A stretch of 64,000 nt of DNA from assembly GCA_947463125.1 (NCBI GenBank), contig CANHQZ010000008.1:1243-65242 (forward strand), in the 5' to 3' direction. Each line of letters starts with the position of its first letter. Within the stretch, counting starts at the first letter, position 1. The stretch comes from Flavobacteriales bacterium (GTDB lineage: Bacteria > Bacteroidota > Bacteroidia > NS11-12g > UBA955). The notes under the pieces were generated by a model. It was not told the DNA's origin. It did no database searches and worked only from the letters and a program-made list of their open reading frames with translations. Made by a program: the position numbers and the translations under genes. This document shows, in pieces, positions 46,517 to 56,273 of the stretch.

Positions 46517-49500
46517 TCCCTTTTCACCCAAACAGCCTTGGCTTTTCCAGAAGCAAACTGCAGTTCCACGATGTAGATTCCCGCAGCCAGCGAGCCCATG
46601 GTGTAAGGACCTGAACCTGTTTCCATTTTAACAGTTTTACCCGACAAATCCCGCAGCACCATGGTTTTGACCGGTTCTTTGGCCGAAACCATCAGTCTGT
46701 CATTGCCCGGATTGGGGTACAGCACAAATTCGATTTGCGGATTCGTACTGACTGCATTGTAAACCACCCTGAAATGGGAGCGCAATGTGTCGTTTTCGGG
46801 GAAAAGATCTGTGAAGCGCTCCAGCACTGCATCGGCGCGGAAGCTGCCCGCAATCACAAATGGAAACACTCTGGCAGAGCTGGCAGTCAATGTCGTTCCC
46901 TTGCGCAGGTTGATAAAAACTCCGGTATCCGTGAAAATGGCTGTTCCACTACTGCTGTCCAGTACACGAAAAATGGCCTTGCCACTGTAAGCGGTGGTGT
47001 CTTCACCCGCCTGTACCAGTTTTGCCTTCAGCCTTGCATTGCCGGTGGTATTGAATAAAAGCTGCCCCTGCAAAGGCATTTCGAAGGCAACCCAGGCTAC
47101 ATCGTGCCGCCTGACGCCGCGTATAGTGCTTATAAGGGTGTCATTAAACGGATTCTGATCATCCTTACTGCTGATTCTGACGCGCAGGGTAAAAACTCCG
47201 GAGTCGGGAAGGGTAAGGTCTTTTAAAACCACTCTTTTTTCTATTTTGGCCAAGTGTAAGGTATCAAGACGGAATGCCTGACTCACGATATTGTTGTTTT
47301 TACCCAATACCTCAACTTCCGTGCGCACAGGGCCTAAAGCCTGTTTTGCGTTAGAACCGAGCGTGGCATGCACCTCGAAAAAAGTTTCCCTGGCATATAC
47401 TCTCTGATTTGTGAGCGGCGCATCAATGCTAAGCACACCGGCATCCTTACCCACCACCACCGTGAATGTGGCAAGCGCTGTATCGTTTTTACGGTTCACA
47501 TCCGATGCGTAATTGGTGTAAGCAATTACATTATACGTACCGGCATTGATGGGATTCAATGTTTTAAACATATTAAAATCCAGCGCCTGACCGGTATCCA
47601 GGGTTGTTGTCTTGATATCCTGATAAACCCGCTTGCCACCAAACCACACCTGACAAACAAACGGCACCATATCGGCATTCTTTACAAAACCCAGGTTGGC
47701 AATTCTCATCACCGGAGCGAAGGGACCGGTTCCTATGAGCAGTGTATCTTTACCAGTGGGATATTTCACTGAAACAGTGCCGTAGTCATAGGGCATTCCT
47801 ACAAAAAAATCCTGCACAAAACTGTCATTTGCACGCACATAATCCTGCGCAAAATAGGCCTTGAAAACAGCCCTGTATATTCCACGTTTTTGGGGAGTAA
47901 ATGCGCGAGGCATACTTACGGCATAACCGTCTTTACCTCCCAGCGGATAAACAAAGGTATCGTGGAACACCGTTGGAGTGTACGCTGAACTAATCCGCAC
48001 CGTAAGCCGTGTGTCACTGATGCCGAGAACCCCGTCATTGTATACCCGTGGCCTCAGCAAAATGGGCTTTGCAACAGAATAAAACACATTTTTGGCAGGC
48101 GATAAAACACTGTCAATTCCCAAATCGTATGCCTTTATAACAAACACATTCAGCTTCTGGGTATCATTAGGGAGAAACTTATCTCCCGGCATTTCTGTAG
48201 TAAATGTAAACGATAGCTTTCCCGTATCAAGGCAACGGTAGGTAGGCCATGTAACAATTCTGCTCTGAAATTTGGGCAGACTTAAGTTTGCGGTTCGGTT
48301 ATAAATGATATTCGTGCCTTTTCGAATAAGGCATCTTGCAACAAAAGAAACCGTATTGTCATATCCCAGATTCTGAATGGTAGCCGTGGGCATAACAGTA
48401 TCCTTAAAATAATCGTATACGGCGTTCCTGAAAGGATCAAAAACCGAAGAAACCATCACATCCTTTTTTACACCTACATAAAACCTTCGGGTTACCGTGT
48501 CGTTATCCCTGATCAAATCCCCCTTGGCCGAAACAATAATCCGCATCCGGTGCTCGCCAAAATCAAGCGGATAGAACTTTTTGGGGAAAGTATAGGTTCT
48601 GCGTCTTCCGGCAGACATCGTATCTTTCACTGATTCATTGTAGACTATTTTGCCAAAATAATCAATCACACAGCGCACAGTGAAGCTATCCTTCAGATTC
48701 CTGGCACCTATGTTGCCAATGGTACCTCTCGGAGCCATGGTATCCATGGTATACCTGTCAATGCTGTCCGAAGGAAAATCTGCCGATACGGCTACCATAT
48801 CCGTATCACCCTGCAGGCGCGGTTCAATCATAAACTTGAAAGGAGCATTTGGAGCGAAATCAACCCAGTTCGTATCGCCTGTGGGAGTGGCGTAAAAAAA
48901 AGTGTTGGGCCGAACGGGATTTTCGTCCTGGTATCCAAAGGCGACATTGGCTGTACCCATTTGCCTCACCCCAACATAAAAAGTTCCGTTTACCGAAACC
49001 GGAGTTGGCAGATCTAATATGTAATTTCCTGCTACTGTAGTTAAGAGATTGCTTTGATAGAGGAGTTTGCCGGGACGGCCAAGTCTGCCGCTATTATCCC
49101 AAATCCCCAGCCTAAAGGAACGCCCGGCAACCGCAAATGCAACTGTAATCTGGTTGATAGCCTTGCTGTTATTGGAAAAAAAGCGGGCTACAAAATCGCC
49201 TGTTGCGTTGTTAAAACCAATGCCTCCGGGGCCGGGTGGCTGCGTAACATCACGGTAACTGTATATGTTCTCATTATTTAGACGGTAGCTTCGGGCGGTA
49301 TTGTTCACGGTATTGTTATCTACTGTTACGGCAAAAACCGTATCCAGCCCTTTTTTGGAAGGCGACAGGCTTGGCAGATTGATAAATGCCTGATTGCCTC
49401 TGCCCAGGGAAAACAACATGCTGTCCAGGCCGTTGTTCGTGACTTTCAGATACGTCCTGATTTTTGTACCTGTCAGATTCTTCTTGCCTACATTGCGCAC

Positions 49501-50223
49501 CAGAAGCTTTACGCTGTCCGGATTTCCCAGCGGAACCGGAAGTTTGCCAAGGGTATACAATTTTATGGCAGCCGCATCAAAATCGATACGGGGATAATTG
49601 AAAATTACCGTAGGGTGGTATTCCGAAGAGGTTCCCAAACTATCCGCCAATGGCCATCCGGTAAAGCTCTTGGTCTGGTTGGCCATGTACCCGGGAACAG
49701 AAGTTGCACCCTCAAAATACCAGTTCACCAGACCCGGCTGAACAACGCTTTGGGTGTATTCAACCAAAACAACCAGGTTGGTGCCCTTGGTAGAATCAAA
49801 CATGAACTTTTGCAATAAAAACGGAAACCGGTAAAACCCGTCATTTGACCCAAGATCAAAAGCCGGCACGGCATTGTACACAAGGGTGGCAGAGGATGTT
49901 TCAGCAGAAAATGAAATTTTACCGGCACCAAAATCGCTGCGCGTGGTGTTTTTTAACCAGATTTTAAACTGTGTTCCGGTACCAATAGGCGCACCGCTGC
50001 TGCGCATAAACTCCATATTCTCAATGGTATCGGCGTGTTTTAAATTTCCGAGAACAGATGCCGGAAAAATGTAGGCAAAACGGCAGCCATGGCTGGCAGC
50101 GGTCGTGGAAATTACCATAGGACCTGCAGTCGTTCCCAGAAAATCACCCTCCCCTATTTGCACATATTGAGACAAGAGCGGACTGCATAATAAACCTATA
50201 ATAGCGGCAAGCGTTTTCCTCAT
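46513..50223 (-). CDS. Large secreted protein with CARDB/Ig-like repeats and a T9SS C-terminal domain
   Basis: Signal peptide; about 7 repeats ending in DxxxxN(D/N)[TS]; C-terminal LYPNPGND...LAAGIYIVEL...WVKR. Confidence 0.85.
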   Translation of the reverse strand: MRKTLAAIIGLLCSPLLSQYVQIGEGDFLGTTAGPMVISTTAASHGCRFAYIFPASVLGNLKHADTIENMEFMRSSGAPIGTGTQFKIWLKNTTRSDFGAGKISFSAETSSATLVYNAVPAFDLGSNDGFYRFPFLLQKFMFDSTKGTNLVVLVEYTQSVVQPGLVNWYFEGATSVPGYMANQTKSFTGWPLADSLGTSSEYHPTVIFNYPRIDFDAAAIKLYTLGKLPVPLGNPDSVKLLVRNVGKKNLTGTKIRTYLKVTNNGLDSMLFSLGRGNQAFINLPSLSPSKKGLDTVFAVTVDNNTVNNTARSYRLNNENIYSYRDVTQPPGPGGIGFNNATGDFVARFFSNNSKAINQITVAFAVAGRSFRLGIWDNSGRLGRPGKLLYQSNLLTTVAGNYILDLPTPVSVNGTFYVGVRQMGTANVAFGYQDENPVRPNTFFYATPTGDTNWVDFAPNAPFKFMIEPRLQGDTDMVAVSADFPSDSIDRYTMDTMAPRGTIGNIGARNLKDSFTVRCVIDYFGKIVYNESVKDTMSAGRRRTYTFPKKFYPLDFGEHRMRIIVSAKGDLIRDNDTVTRRFYVGVKKDVMVSSVFDPFRNAVYDYFKDTVMPTATIQNLGYDNTVSFVARCLIRKGTNIIYNRTANLSLPKFQSRIVTWPTYRCLDTGKLSFTFTTEMPGDKFLPNDTQKLNVFVIKAYDLGIDSVLSPAKNVFYSVAKPILLRPRVYNDGVLGISDTRLTVRISSAYTPTVFHDTFVYPLGGKDGYAVSMPRAFTPQKRGIYRAVFKAYFAQDYVRANDSFVQDFFVGMPYDYGTVSVKYPTGKDTLLIGTGPFAPVMRIANLGFVKNADMVPFVCQVWFGGKRVYQDIKTTTLDTGQALDFNMFKTLNPINAGTYNVIAYTNYASDVNRKNDTALATFTVVVGKDAGVLSIDAPLTNQRVYARETFFEVHATLGSNAKQALGPVRTEVEVLGKNNNIVSQAFRLDTLHLAKIEKRVVLKDLTLPDSGVFTLRVRISSKDDQNPFNDTLISTIRGVRRHDVAWVAFEMPLQGQLLFNTTGNARLKAKLVQAGEDTTAYSGKAIFRVLDSSSGTAIFTDTGVFINLRKGTTLTASSARVFPFVIAGSFRADAVLERFTDLFPENDTLRSHFRVVYNAVSTNPQIEFVLYPNPGNDRLMVSAKEPVKTMVLRDLSGKTVKMETGSGPYTMGSLAAGIYIVELQFASGKAKAVWVKRD

Positions 50224-50339
50224 AGAACAAATATACCGCCTTGACCTTAAATTTTATAGAAGCTCTTAACGATAATGGTCTAAAAATGACAATAAATATC
50301 GCCATATCCCACATGAAAAATACTCCGTAACTTCGCAAC

Positions 50340-51155
50340 GTGACCCGCGAAGAACTGGTATACCAAATCTTTTCCAAACACAGTTACCTGTGCACCGGCC
50401 TTGATACGGAAATGGGGAAATTGCCTTCGCATCTGCCCAAAAACGGCGATGCCATGGTGGAGTTTAACCGTCAGGTTATCAATGCTACATTGCCTTACAG
50501 CGTGGCATATAAAATCAATACGGCTTTTTATGAGCAATACGGAGCCCGCGGCTGGGAATGGATGGAGCAAACCCTTGATTATTTGCCATCATCCGTTTTT
50601 CGCATTGCCGACGCCAAGCGCGGCGATATCGGAAACACCAGCACCATGTATGCCAGGGCATTTTTTGAAACCCTGAATTTTGATGCCGTTACCGTAGCTC
50701 CTTACATGGGGGAAGACAGCCTGCGGCCCTTTCTGGAGTTCAAGGACAAATGGATCATTTGTCTAGCATTGACCAGCAACCCCGGCCATGCCGATTTTCA
50801 AATGAACGAATATGAAGGCAAAAAGCTGTATGAACGTGTAATAGAGACGGTTTGCAAGTGGGGAAACCCCGACAACCTGATGTTTGTGGTAGGAGCTACC
50901 CGCGCCGATTATGTCGCAGACATCCGCAAGATTATTCCCGATCATTTTCTGCTGGTGCCCGGTGTGGGTGCACAGGGCGGAAGTTTGGCCGATATCAGCC
51001 ATGCGGGACTGAACCAAGATGCGGGATTGCTGGTAAACAGTTCCCGGGGTATTTTGTACGCCTCCTCCGGCGAAGATTTTGCCGAAGCCGCCGCCACCGA
51101 AGCCCGAAAACTTCAGGCTGAAATGGCAGAACACCTCATCAACCTGAAACATTGA
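50340..51155 (+). CDS. pyrF: Orotidine-5'-phosphate decarboxylase
   Basis: LCTGLD, DAKRGDIGNTS, LTSNPG, VVGAT, PGVGAQGG and NSSRGI motifs. Confidence 0.96.
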   Translation: MTREELVYQIFSKHSYLCTGLDTEMGKLPSHLPKNGDAMVEFNRQVINATLPYSVAYKINTAFYEQYGARGWEWMEQTLDYLPSSVFRIADAKRGDIGNTSTMYARAFFETLNFDAVTVAPYMGEDSLRPFLEFKDKWIICLALTSNPGHADFQMNEYEGKKLYERVIETVCKWGNPDNLMFVVGATRADYVADIRKIIPDHFLLVPGVGAQGGSLADISHAGLNQDAGLLVNSSRGILYASSGEDFAEAAATEARKLQAEMAEHLINLKH

Positions 51156-51156
51156 T

Positions 51157-52098
51157 ATGGAAAACCGCATTACCCGGCTTCTGGGCATAGAATTTCCCAT
51201 TATACAGGGTGGAATGATCTGGTGCAGCGGCTGGGAACTGGCCTCAGCGGTGAGCAATGCAGGAGGCTTGGGTCTGATTGGCAGCGGCAGTATGTATCCC
51301 GATGTACTGCGCCACCATATTCGTCAGTGCAAAGCCCATACAGTTAAACCTTTCGGGGTGAACGTGCCTCTGTTGTATCCCAACATTGAAGAGCACATGA
51401 ATATTATTGCCGAAGAAGGCGTGAAAATTGTATTTACAAGCGCAGGAAACCCCGCCACCTGGACCCCATGGCTCAAAGAGCGCGGCATTACCGTGGTGCA
51501 CGTGGTGGCCAATACAAAATTTGCCAAAAAATGCGAAGCCGTGGGAGTGGATGCCATTGTAGCCGAAGGATTTGAGGCCGGCGGGCACAACGGGCGGGAA
51601 GAAACCACAACCCTTTGTTTGATTCCCATGGTGCGCGAGGTTTGCAGCCTGCCGCTGATTGCCGCAGGTGGCATCAGCACAGGAAAAGCTATGGCCGCCG
51701 CATTTTGCCTGGGTGCAGAAGCTGTTCAGGTGGGAAGTCGTTTTGCGGCAAGCGAAGAAAGTTCCGCACACGCAAGTTTCAAACAGGCAATCCTGCATGC
51801 CGGAGACGGCGATACCCAGCTTACACTGAAAGAACTCACCCCGGTTCGTTTGCTAAAAAACAAGTTTTACAAAGATGTAATGGAAGCCTATAACAAAGAT
51901 GCCTCTGCCGAAGAACTGGCTGCCCTGCTGGGCCGCGGAAGGGCTAAAAAAGGCATGTTTGAGGGCGATATGGATGAAGGAGAACTGGAGATTGGGCAGG
52001 TAAGCGCATTTATTCATCAGATTAAGCCGGCGGGTGATATTGTGCGGGAAATGATGGAGGAATACAGACAAACCCGCAGCAATTTGCCTGCTTTGTAA
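51157..52098 (+). CDS. Nitronate monooxygenase / FabK-like FMN-dependent oxidoreductase
   Basis: PIIQGGM, AVSNAGGLG, EGFEAGGHNG, IAAGGI and GQVS motifs. Confidence 0.9.
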   Translation: MENRITRLLGIEFPIIQGGMIWCSGWELASAVSNAGGLGLIGSGSMYPDVLRHHIRQCKAHTVKPFGVNVPLLYPNIEEHMNIIAEEGVKIVFTSAGNPATWTPWLKERGITVVHVVANTKFAKKCEAVGVDAIVAEGFEAGGHNGREETTTLCLIPMVREVCSLPLIAAGGISTGKAMAAAFCLGAEAVQVGSRFAASEESSAHASFKQAILHAGDGDTQLTLKELTPVRLLKNKFYKDVMEAYNKDASAEELAALLGRGRAKKGMFEGDMDEGELEIGQVSAFIHQIKPAGDIVREMMEEYRQTRSNLPAL

Positions 52099-52122
52099 CC
52101 CATTTTCTGTATTTTCGCACAC

Positions 52123-53418
52123 ATGCAGTGGATTTCTCAAATCCTTTTTGCCCTTTGCCTAGGAGCCGGTATCTGGTTTTTTGCAGGCAGGGTGCGTTTT
52201 ATACGCCGAAACATCCTTTTGGGAAAAGACGTAGACCTCTCAGACAATCCGGCAGCACGCTGGAAACAAATGTTCTGGGTGGCCATGGGACAGAGCAAAA
52301 TGGCCAAACGCCCGGTTGCTTTTGTTTTTCACCTGTTTGTGTATCTGGGCTTTGTGCTCATCAACATAGAAGTGCTGGAAATCTTGCTGGATGGGCTTTT
52401 GGGCACCCACCGCCTGTTTTCCTTTATGGGCGGACTGTACAATGCGGCCATCGGTTTTTTTGAAATTCTCGCTTTGCTGGTGCTGGTGGCCTGTGTGGTT
52501 TTCCTCGCCCGCCGTTTTGTGGTGAAAGTGCCACGCCTGAATGCGCCTGAACTCAAAGGCTGGCCGGTAAAGGACGCGACTACCATTCTCATTGTGGAAA
52601 TTGTATTGATGGCTGCCCTGCTGAAAATGAACGCAGCAGACCAGATTTTACAGGCCCGTGGTGCGGAACATTATACACAGGCAGGAAGCTTTCCGGTGAG
52701 CCAGTACCTGGTTCCTATGATGGATGGCTTCAGCACGGATTTTTTGGTAATTGCTGAACGCGGCGCCTGGTGGTTCCATTTTATCGGTATTCTGTTGTTT
52801 TTGAACTATGTGCCTTACAGCAAACACTGGCATATTATCATGAGTTTCCCGAATGTGTATTACACGCCGCTGAAACCCAAAGGGGCTTTCGCCAATATGG
52901 AAAGCGTCACCACCGAGGTAAAACTGATGATGGACCCTTCTGCCACTCCGCCCGAAGGCTATGAGCCGCCCGCCGGATTCGGTGCCCGGGATGTGCAGGA
53001 TTTGACCTGGAAAAACCTGATGGACGCTTACACCTGCACGGAATGCGGTCGCTGCAGCAGCGTTTGTCCCGCTAACCTTACCGGTAAAAAACTCAGTCCG
53101 CGCAAAATCATGATGGATACCCGCGACCGCCTGGAAGAAGTGGGTCGCAACCTGGATGCGGGCACTACCGATGATAAAGACCTGCACAGCTATATTTCGG
53201 CCGAAGAACTTTGGGCCTGCACCACCTGCAACGCCTGCGCAGAGGCCTGTCCGGTGAATATAAACCCGGTGGACATTATTGTGCAGATGCGCCAATATCA
53301 GGTGATGGAAAAGAGTGCCGCACCCGCCGAACTGAACAACATGTTTACCAACCTGGAAAACAACGGCGCTCCTTGGCAGATGAGCCAAATGGACAAGGCT
53401 AACTGGACCCAAAGCTGA
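52123..53418 (+). CDS. Membrane-bound Fe-S oxidoreductase (N-terminal half of a FadF/HdrDE-like protein)
   Basis: NarI-like TM region with conserved His residues; [12 protein letters not shown] and [12 protein letters not shown] 4Fe-4S motifs. Confidence 0.9.
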   Translation: MQWISQILFALCLGAGIWFFAGRVRFIRRNILLGKDVDLSDNPAARWKQMFWVAMGQSKMAKRPVAFVFHLFVYLGFVLINIEVLEILLDGLLGTHRLFSFMGGLYNAAIGFFEILALLVLVACVVFLARRFVVKVPRLNAPELKGWPVKDATTILIVEIVLMAALLKMNAADQILQARGAEHYTQAGSFPVSQYLVPMMDGFSTDFLVIAERGAWWFHFIGILLFLNYVPYSKHWHIIMSFPNVYYTPLKPKGAFANMESVTTEVKLMMDPSATPPEGYEPPAGFGARDVQDLTWKNLMDAYTCTECGRCSSVCPANLTGKKLSPRKIMMDTRDRLEEVGRNLDAGTTDDKDLHSYISAEELWACTTCNACAEACPVNINPVDIIVQMRQYQVMEKSAAPAELNNMFTNLENNGAPWQMSQMDKANWTQS

Positions 53419-53996
53419 TGGAAAATTATACCGCACACCCTACTGCCGTAATTGATGACGGTTGCCAGATTGGCAAGGGCACACGCATTTGGCATTTTTC
53501 GCATATTATGCCGGGCTGTGTGATTGGCGAGAACTGCAACATCGGTCAGAATGTGGTGATCAGTCCGGAAGTGGTGCTGGGCAACAATGTGAAGATTCAG
53601 AACAATGTTAGTATTTACACCGGTGTTACCTGCGATGATGATGTGTTTCTGGGCCCTAGTTGTGTGTTTACCAATGTAACCAACCCACGCAGCGCGGTAA
53701 ACCGCCGCGGACAATACGCCAAAACCCATGTGGGGAAAGGCGCCAGCATTGGTGCCAATGCCACCATTGTTTGCGGGCACGACATAGGAAAGTTTGCCTT
53801 TATCGGTGCCGGTGCGGTGGTAACCAAAAATGTACCCGATTACGCCCTGCTGGTGGGCAATCCCGCCCGGCAAACCGGCTGGATGAGCGAATACGGCCAC
53901 AAGCTGCAGTTTGATGCGCAGGGTCATGCGGTTTGTCCCGAGAGCGAACAAACCTATCAACTGGAAAATGGTGTTGTAAGCCGTACCGACGCATGA
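53418..53996 (+). CDS. Hexapeptide-repeat sugar N-acetyltransferase (WbpD/WlbB-like)
   Basis: [36 protein letters not shown] and GNPAR motifs; C-terminal CPES. Confidence 0.9.
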   Translation: MENYTAHPTAVIDDGCQIGKGTRIWHFSHIMPGCVIGENCNIGQNVVISPEVVLGNNVKIQNNVSIYTGVTCDDDVFLGPSCVFTNVTNPRSAVNRRGQYAKTHVGKGASIGANATIVCGHDIGKFAFIGAGAVVTKNVPDYALLVGNPARQTGWMSEYGHKLQFDAQGHAVCPESEQTYQLENGVVSRTDA

Positions 53997-54997
53997 AAAA
54001 TATCTTGGTAACCGGCGGACTCGGATTCATTGGCTCTCACACTGTGGTAAGCCTGCAAGAAGCAGGGTTTAACCCCGTGATTCTCGATAACCTCAGCAAT
54101 ACCCGCGAAACTGTGCTGGACGGCCTCGAAAAGCTCATGGGGCGCAGGCCTGTGTTTTTCAAGGGCGATGTAAATGATGCCGGTATTTATGACAGAATCG
54201 TATCTGAAACCGGCGAAATAGCGGCAGTCATTCATTTTGCGGCTTTCAAGGCGGTGGGTGAAAGCGTGGAACAGCCATTAAAGTATTACCACAATAATGT
54301 GCAGGGGCTGATTACATTGCTCACTGCCATGCAAAAACATGGTATCAACAACATCGTGTTCAGCAGCAGCTGCACCGTATACGGTGAGCCTGACCAAATA
54401 CCTGTAAACGAAGATTCGCCCATTAAACCTGCGGCCTCGCCGTATGGCGCTACCAAGCAGATGGGCGAAATCATTTTGCGTGATTGTGCCTGGCTGAACA
54501 CACAATGCCTGCGGTATTTTAATCCCATTGGTGCGCATCCTACAGGTTTGATTGGCGAACTGCCACTGGGTGTGCCCAGCAATTTAATTCCCTATCTCAC
54601 GCAATCTGTGGCGGGTTTAAGGCCGGCATTGACCGTGCATGGCGGTGATTATTCCACAACGGACGGAACCTGCATTCGGGATTACATTCATGTGTGCGAT
54701 TTAGCTGATGCCCATGTGGCAGCGCTGAACAGGCTTTTGGGTAAGAGTCAAACCTCAACATTTGAGGTGTTTAACATAGGTACCGGTGACGGAAGCTCCG
54801 TTTTACAAGTGCTGAATGCCTTTGAAGCGGCAACCGGCAAAAAAGCTGACTATCAGATTGGGCCGCGCAGACCGGGTGACGTAGTGGCAGTCTGGGCCGA
54901 TGCCACGCGTGCTGAAAAAGTATTGGGCTGGAAAGCCAAAAGAGGCCTGCCCGAAATGCTGCGCGATGCCTGGAACTGGCAGACCCGGCAGGTGTAA
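53993..54997 (+). CDS. galE: UDP-glucose 4-epimerase
   Basis: [32 protein letters not shown] and RDYIHV motifs. Start moved to ATG 53993. Confidence 0.95.
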   Translation: MKNILVTGGLGFIGSHTVVSLQEAGFNPVILDNLSNTRETVLDGLEKLMGRRPVFFKGDVNDAGIYDRIVSETGEIAAVIHFAAFKAVGESVEQPLKYYHNNVQGLITLLTAMQKHGINNIVFSSSCTVYGEPDQIPVNEDSPIKPAASPYGATKQMGEIILRDCAWLNTQCLRYFNPIGAHPTGLIGELPLGVPSNLIPYLTQSVAGLRPALTVHGGDYSTTDGTCIRDYIHVCDLADAHVAALNRLLGKSQTSTFEVFNIGTGDGSSVLQVLNAFEAATGKKADYQIGPRRPGDVVAVWADATRAEKVLGWKAKRGLPEMLRDAWNWQTRQV

Positions 54998-55184
54998 AAG
55001 CGTCCATTTTTCAGGATTCCTAAAGGAATAATTCCGGTGGCTTGTCAACACTATCCACATTAAGTTCGGGTTTTGCATTGTGAATAATGTCCGATTTTCA
55101 ATGCTTTTCGGAGGTTCAAGCCTTTTTACAAGCGTTTATTTTGTGAATTAAAAAACTTTTTCCACATTTTTATCAACAGAAAAC

Positions 55185-55203
55185 ATACCGGTTGGTATAT
55201 TTG
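55185..55203 (+). promoter_or_regulatory. Palindromic operator overlapping the -7 promoter box of the TetR gene
   Basis: ATACC-GGTT-GGTAT (55185-55198) overlaps TATATTTG (55196-55203); the ATG is 9 nt later. Confidence 0.7.
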
Positions 55204-55212
55204 TAGCCCGAT

Positions 55213-55854
55213 ATGACAAAAATCACTCGAGAAAAGATTCTTAACCGTTGTTTTGAAGCCATCTGTGAAGGTGGTTTCATTAACCTTCGCACCGATAAGG
55301 AAATCAAGCGCCTGCGCATCACTAAAGGAGCGTTTTACCATTATTTCCCTGGAAAACTTGATTTAGGCTACGCTGTCATCGATGAGATTATCATGCCCAT
55401 GTACATGGAGCGCTGGGCAACGCTTGAAGAGAAAACACGTGGTGTTTCTGTAGCCTTGAATGACATCATTGAAAACATCAAAACCGGCAGCACAGATTTG
55501 TCCGTGAAACGTGGCGACGTATTAGCCAACCTAATGGTGGAAATGAGCAACGAAGACGAAACTTTCCGTCTAAAGCTGGAAGAAGTGCTGGAAGCGCAGG
55601 TTAAAATCATTCAGCGCGCCATTCTCAATGGAAAGGCAGCCGGTGAGATGAAACCCCAGATTGATGCCCGCAGCATGGCTTATAGTTTGATAGGTCAGTT
55701 GCAGGGCTGCTATGCAGTAGCCAAAACCCGCAACAGCCGCGATGTATTTACCCTGATGATGAACGCGATGCAGCGTCAGCTAAAAGAAGTTTTATTTGTA
55801 AGTGCAGCCACCGAACCTTCAGGAGGAACGGCATTTCAGCGCATGACCGCCTAA
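55213..55854 (+). CDS. TetR/AcrR family transcriptional regulator
   Basis: TREKIL...ITKGAFYHYFPGK HTH and a helical ligand-binding domain. Confidence 0.92.
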   Translation: MTKITREKILNRCFEAICEGGFINLRTDKEIKRLRITKGAFYHYFPGKLDLGYAVIDEIIMPMYMERWATLEEKTRGVSVALNDIIENIKTGSTDLSVKRGDVLANLMVEMSNEDETFRLKLEEVLEAQVKIIQRAILNGKAAGEMKPQIDARSMAYSLIGQLQGCYAVAKTRNSRDVFTLMMNAMQRQLKEVLFVSAATEPSGGTAFQRMTA

Positions 55855-55895
55855 TCGGAAAGTTCAGGCAGCGTAAGAAGTTAATTTTTTTTGGA

Positions 55896-56051
55896 TTATA
55901 CCCAATCCATGGCCATTACCAACCCGCCAAAGAAGGTAGGCAAGCCCAGCCAAAAGCCCTGAGGAAGGAAAATGGTCAGCAAAATCAGGGCCACTGCAGA
56001 TACTGCAGTAACTGCCCAGTACAATCCGGTTTTGCGCTTAGCGTCTGTCAT
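55896..56051 (-). CDS. Small membrane protein (51 aa, two short hydrophobic helices)
   Basis: Manual translation MTDAKRKTGLYWAVTAVSAVALILLTIFLPQGFWLGLPTFFGGLVMAMDWV; TAACTTTG box 7 nt upstream. Confidence 0.7.
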   Translation of the reverse strand: MTDAKRKTGLYWAVTAVSAVALILLTIFLPQGFWLGLPTFFGGLVMAMDWV

Positions 56052-56089
56052 AACACAGCAAAGTTACAAATTCAAATTCACAGTCACAA

Positions 56090-56218
56090 ATGCTTAGGTT
56101 TGCAACAGGTCCGCTTACAGTCTTTCCAACCTGCCTAATGATGGGCGGTAAGAAGAAAAAGTGCTGTAAAAAATACAAAACAGCCAAGCGTTGCAAGGAT
56201 TGTCCGAAAAAGAGATAA
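56090..56218 (+). CDS. Small Lys/Cys-rich peptide with a CC-x8-CxxCP motif
   Basis: Manual translation MLRFATGPLTVFPTCLMMGGKKKKCCKKYKTAKRCKDCPKKR; alternative starts at 56138 and 56141. Confidence 0.55.
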   Translation: MLRFATGPLTVFPTCLMMGGKKKKCCKKYKTAKRCKDCPKKR

Positions 56219-56273
56219 GGAACAGATTAAACCTTTTACCCCCAACAACATCTAATCTCTAAACACCCTGGCT

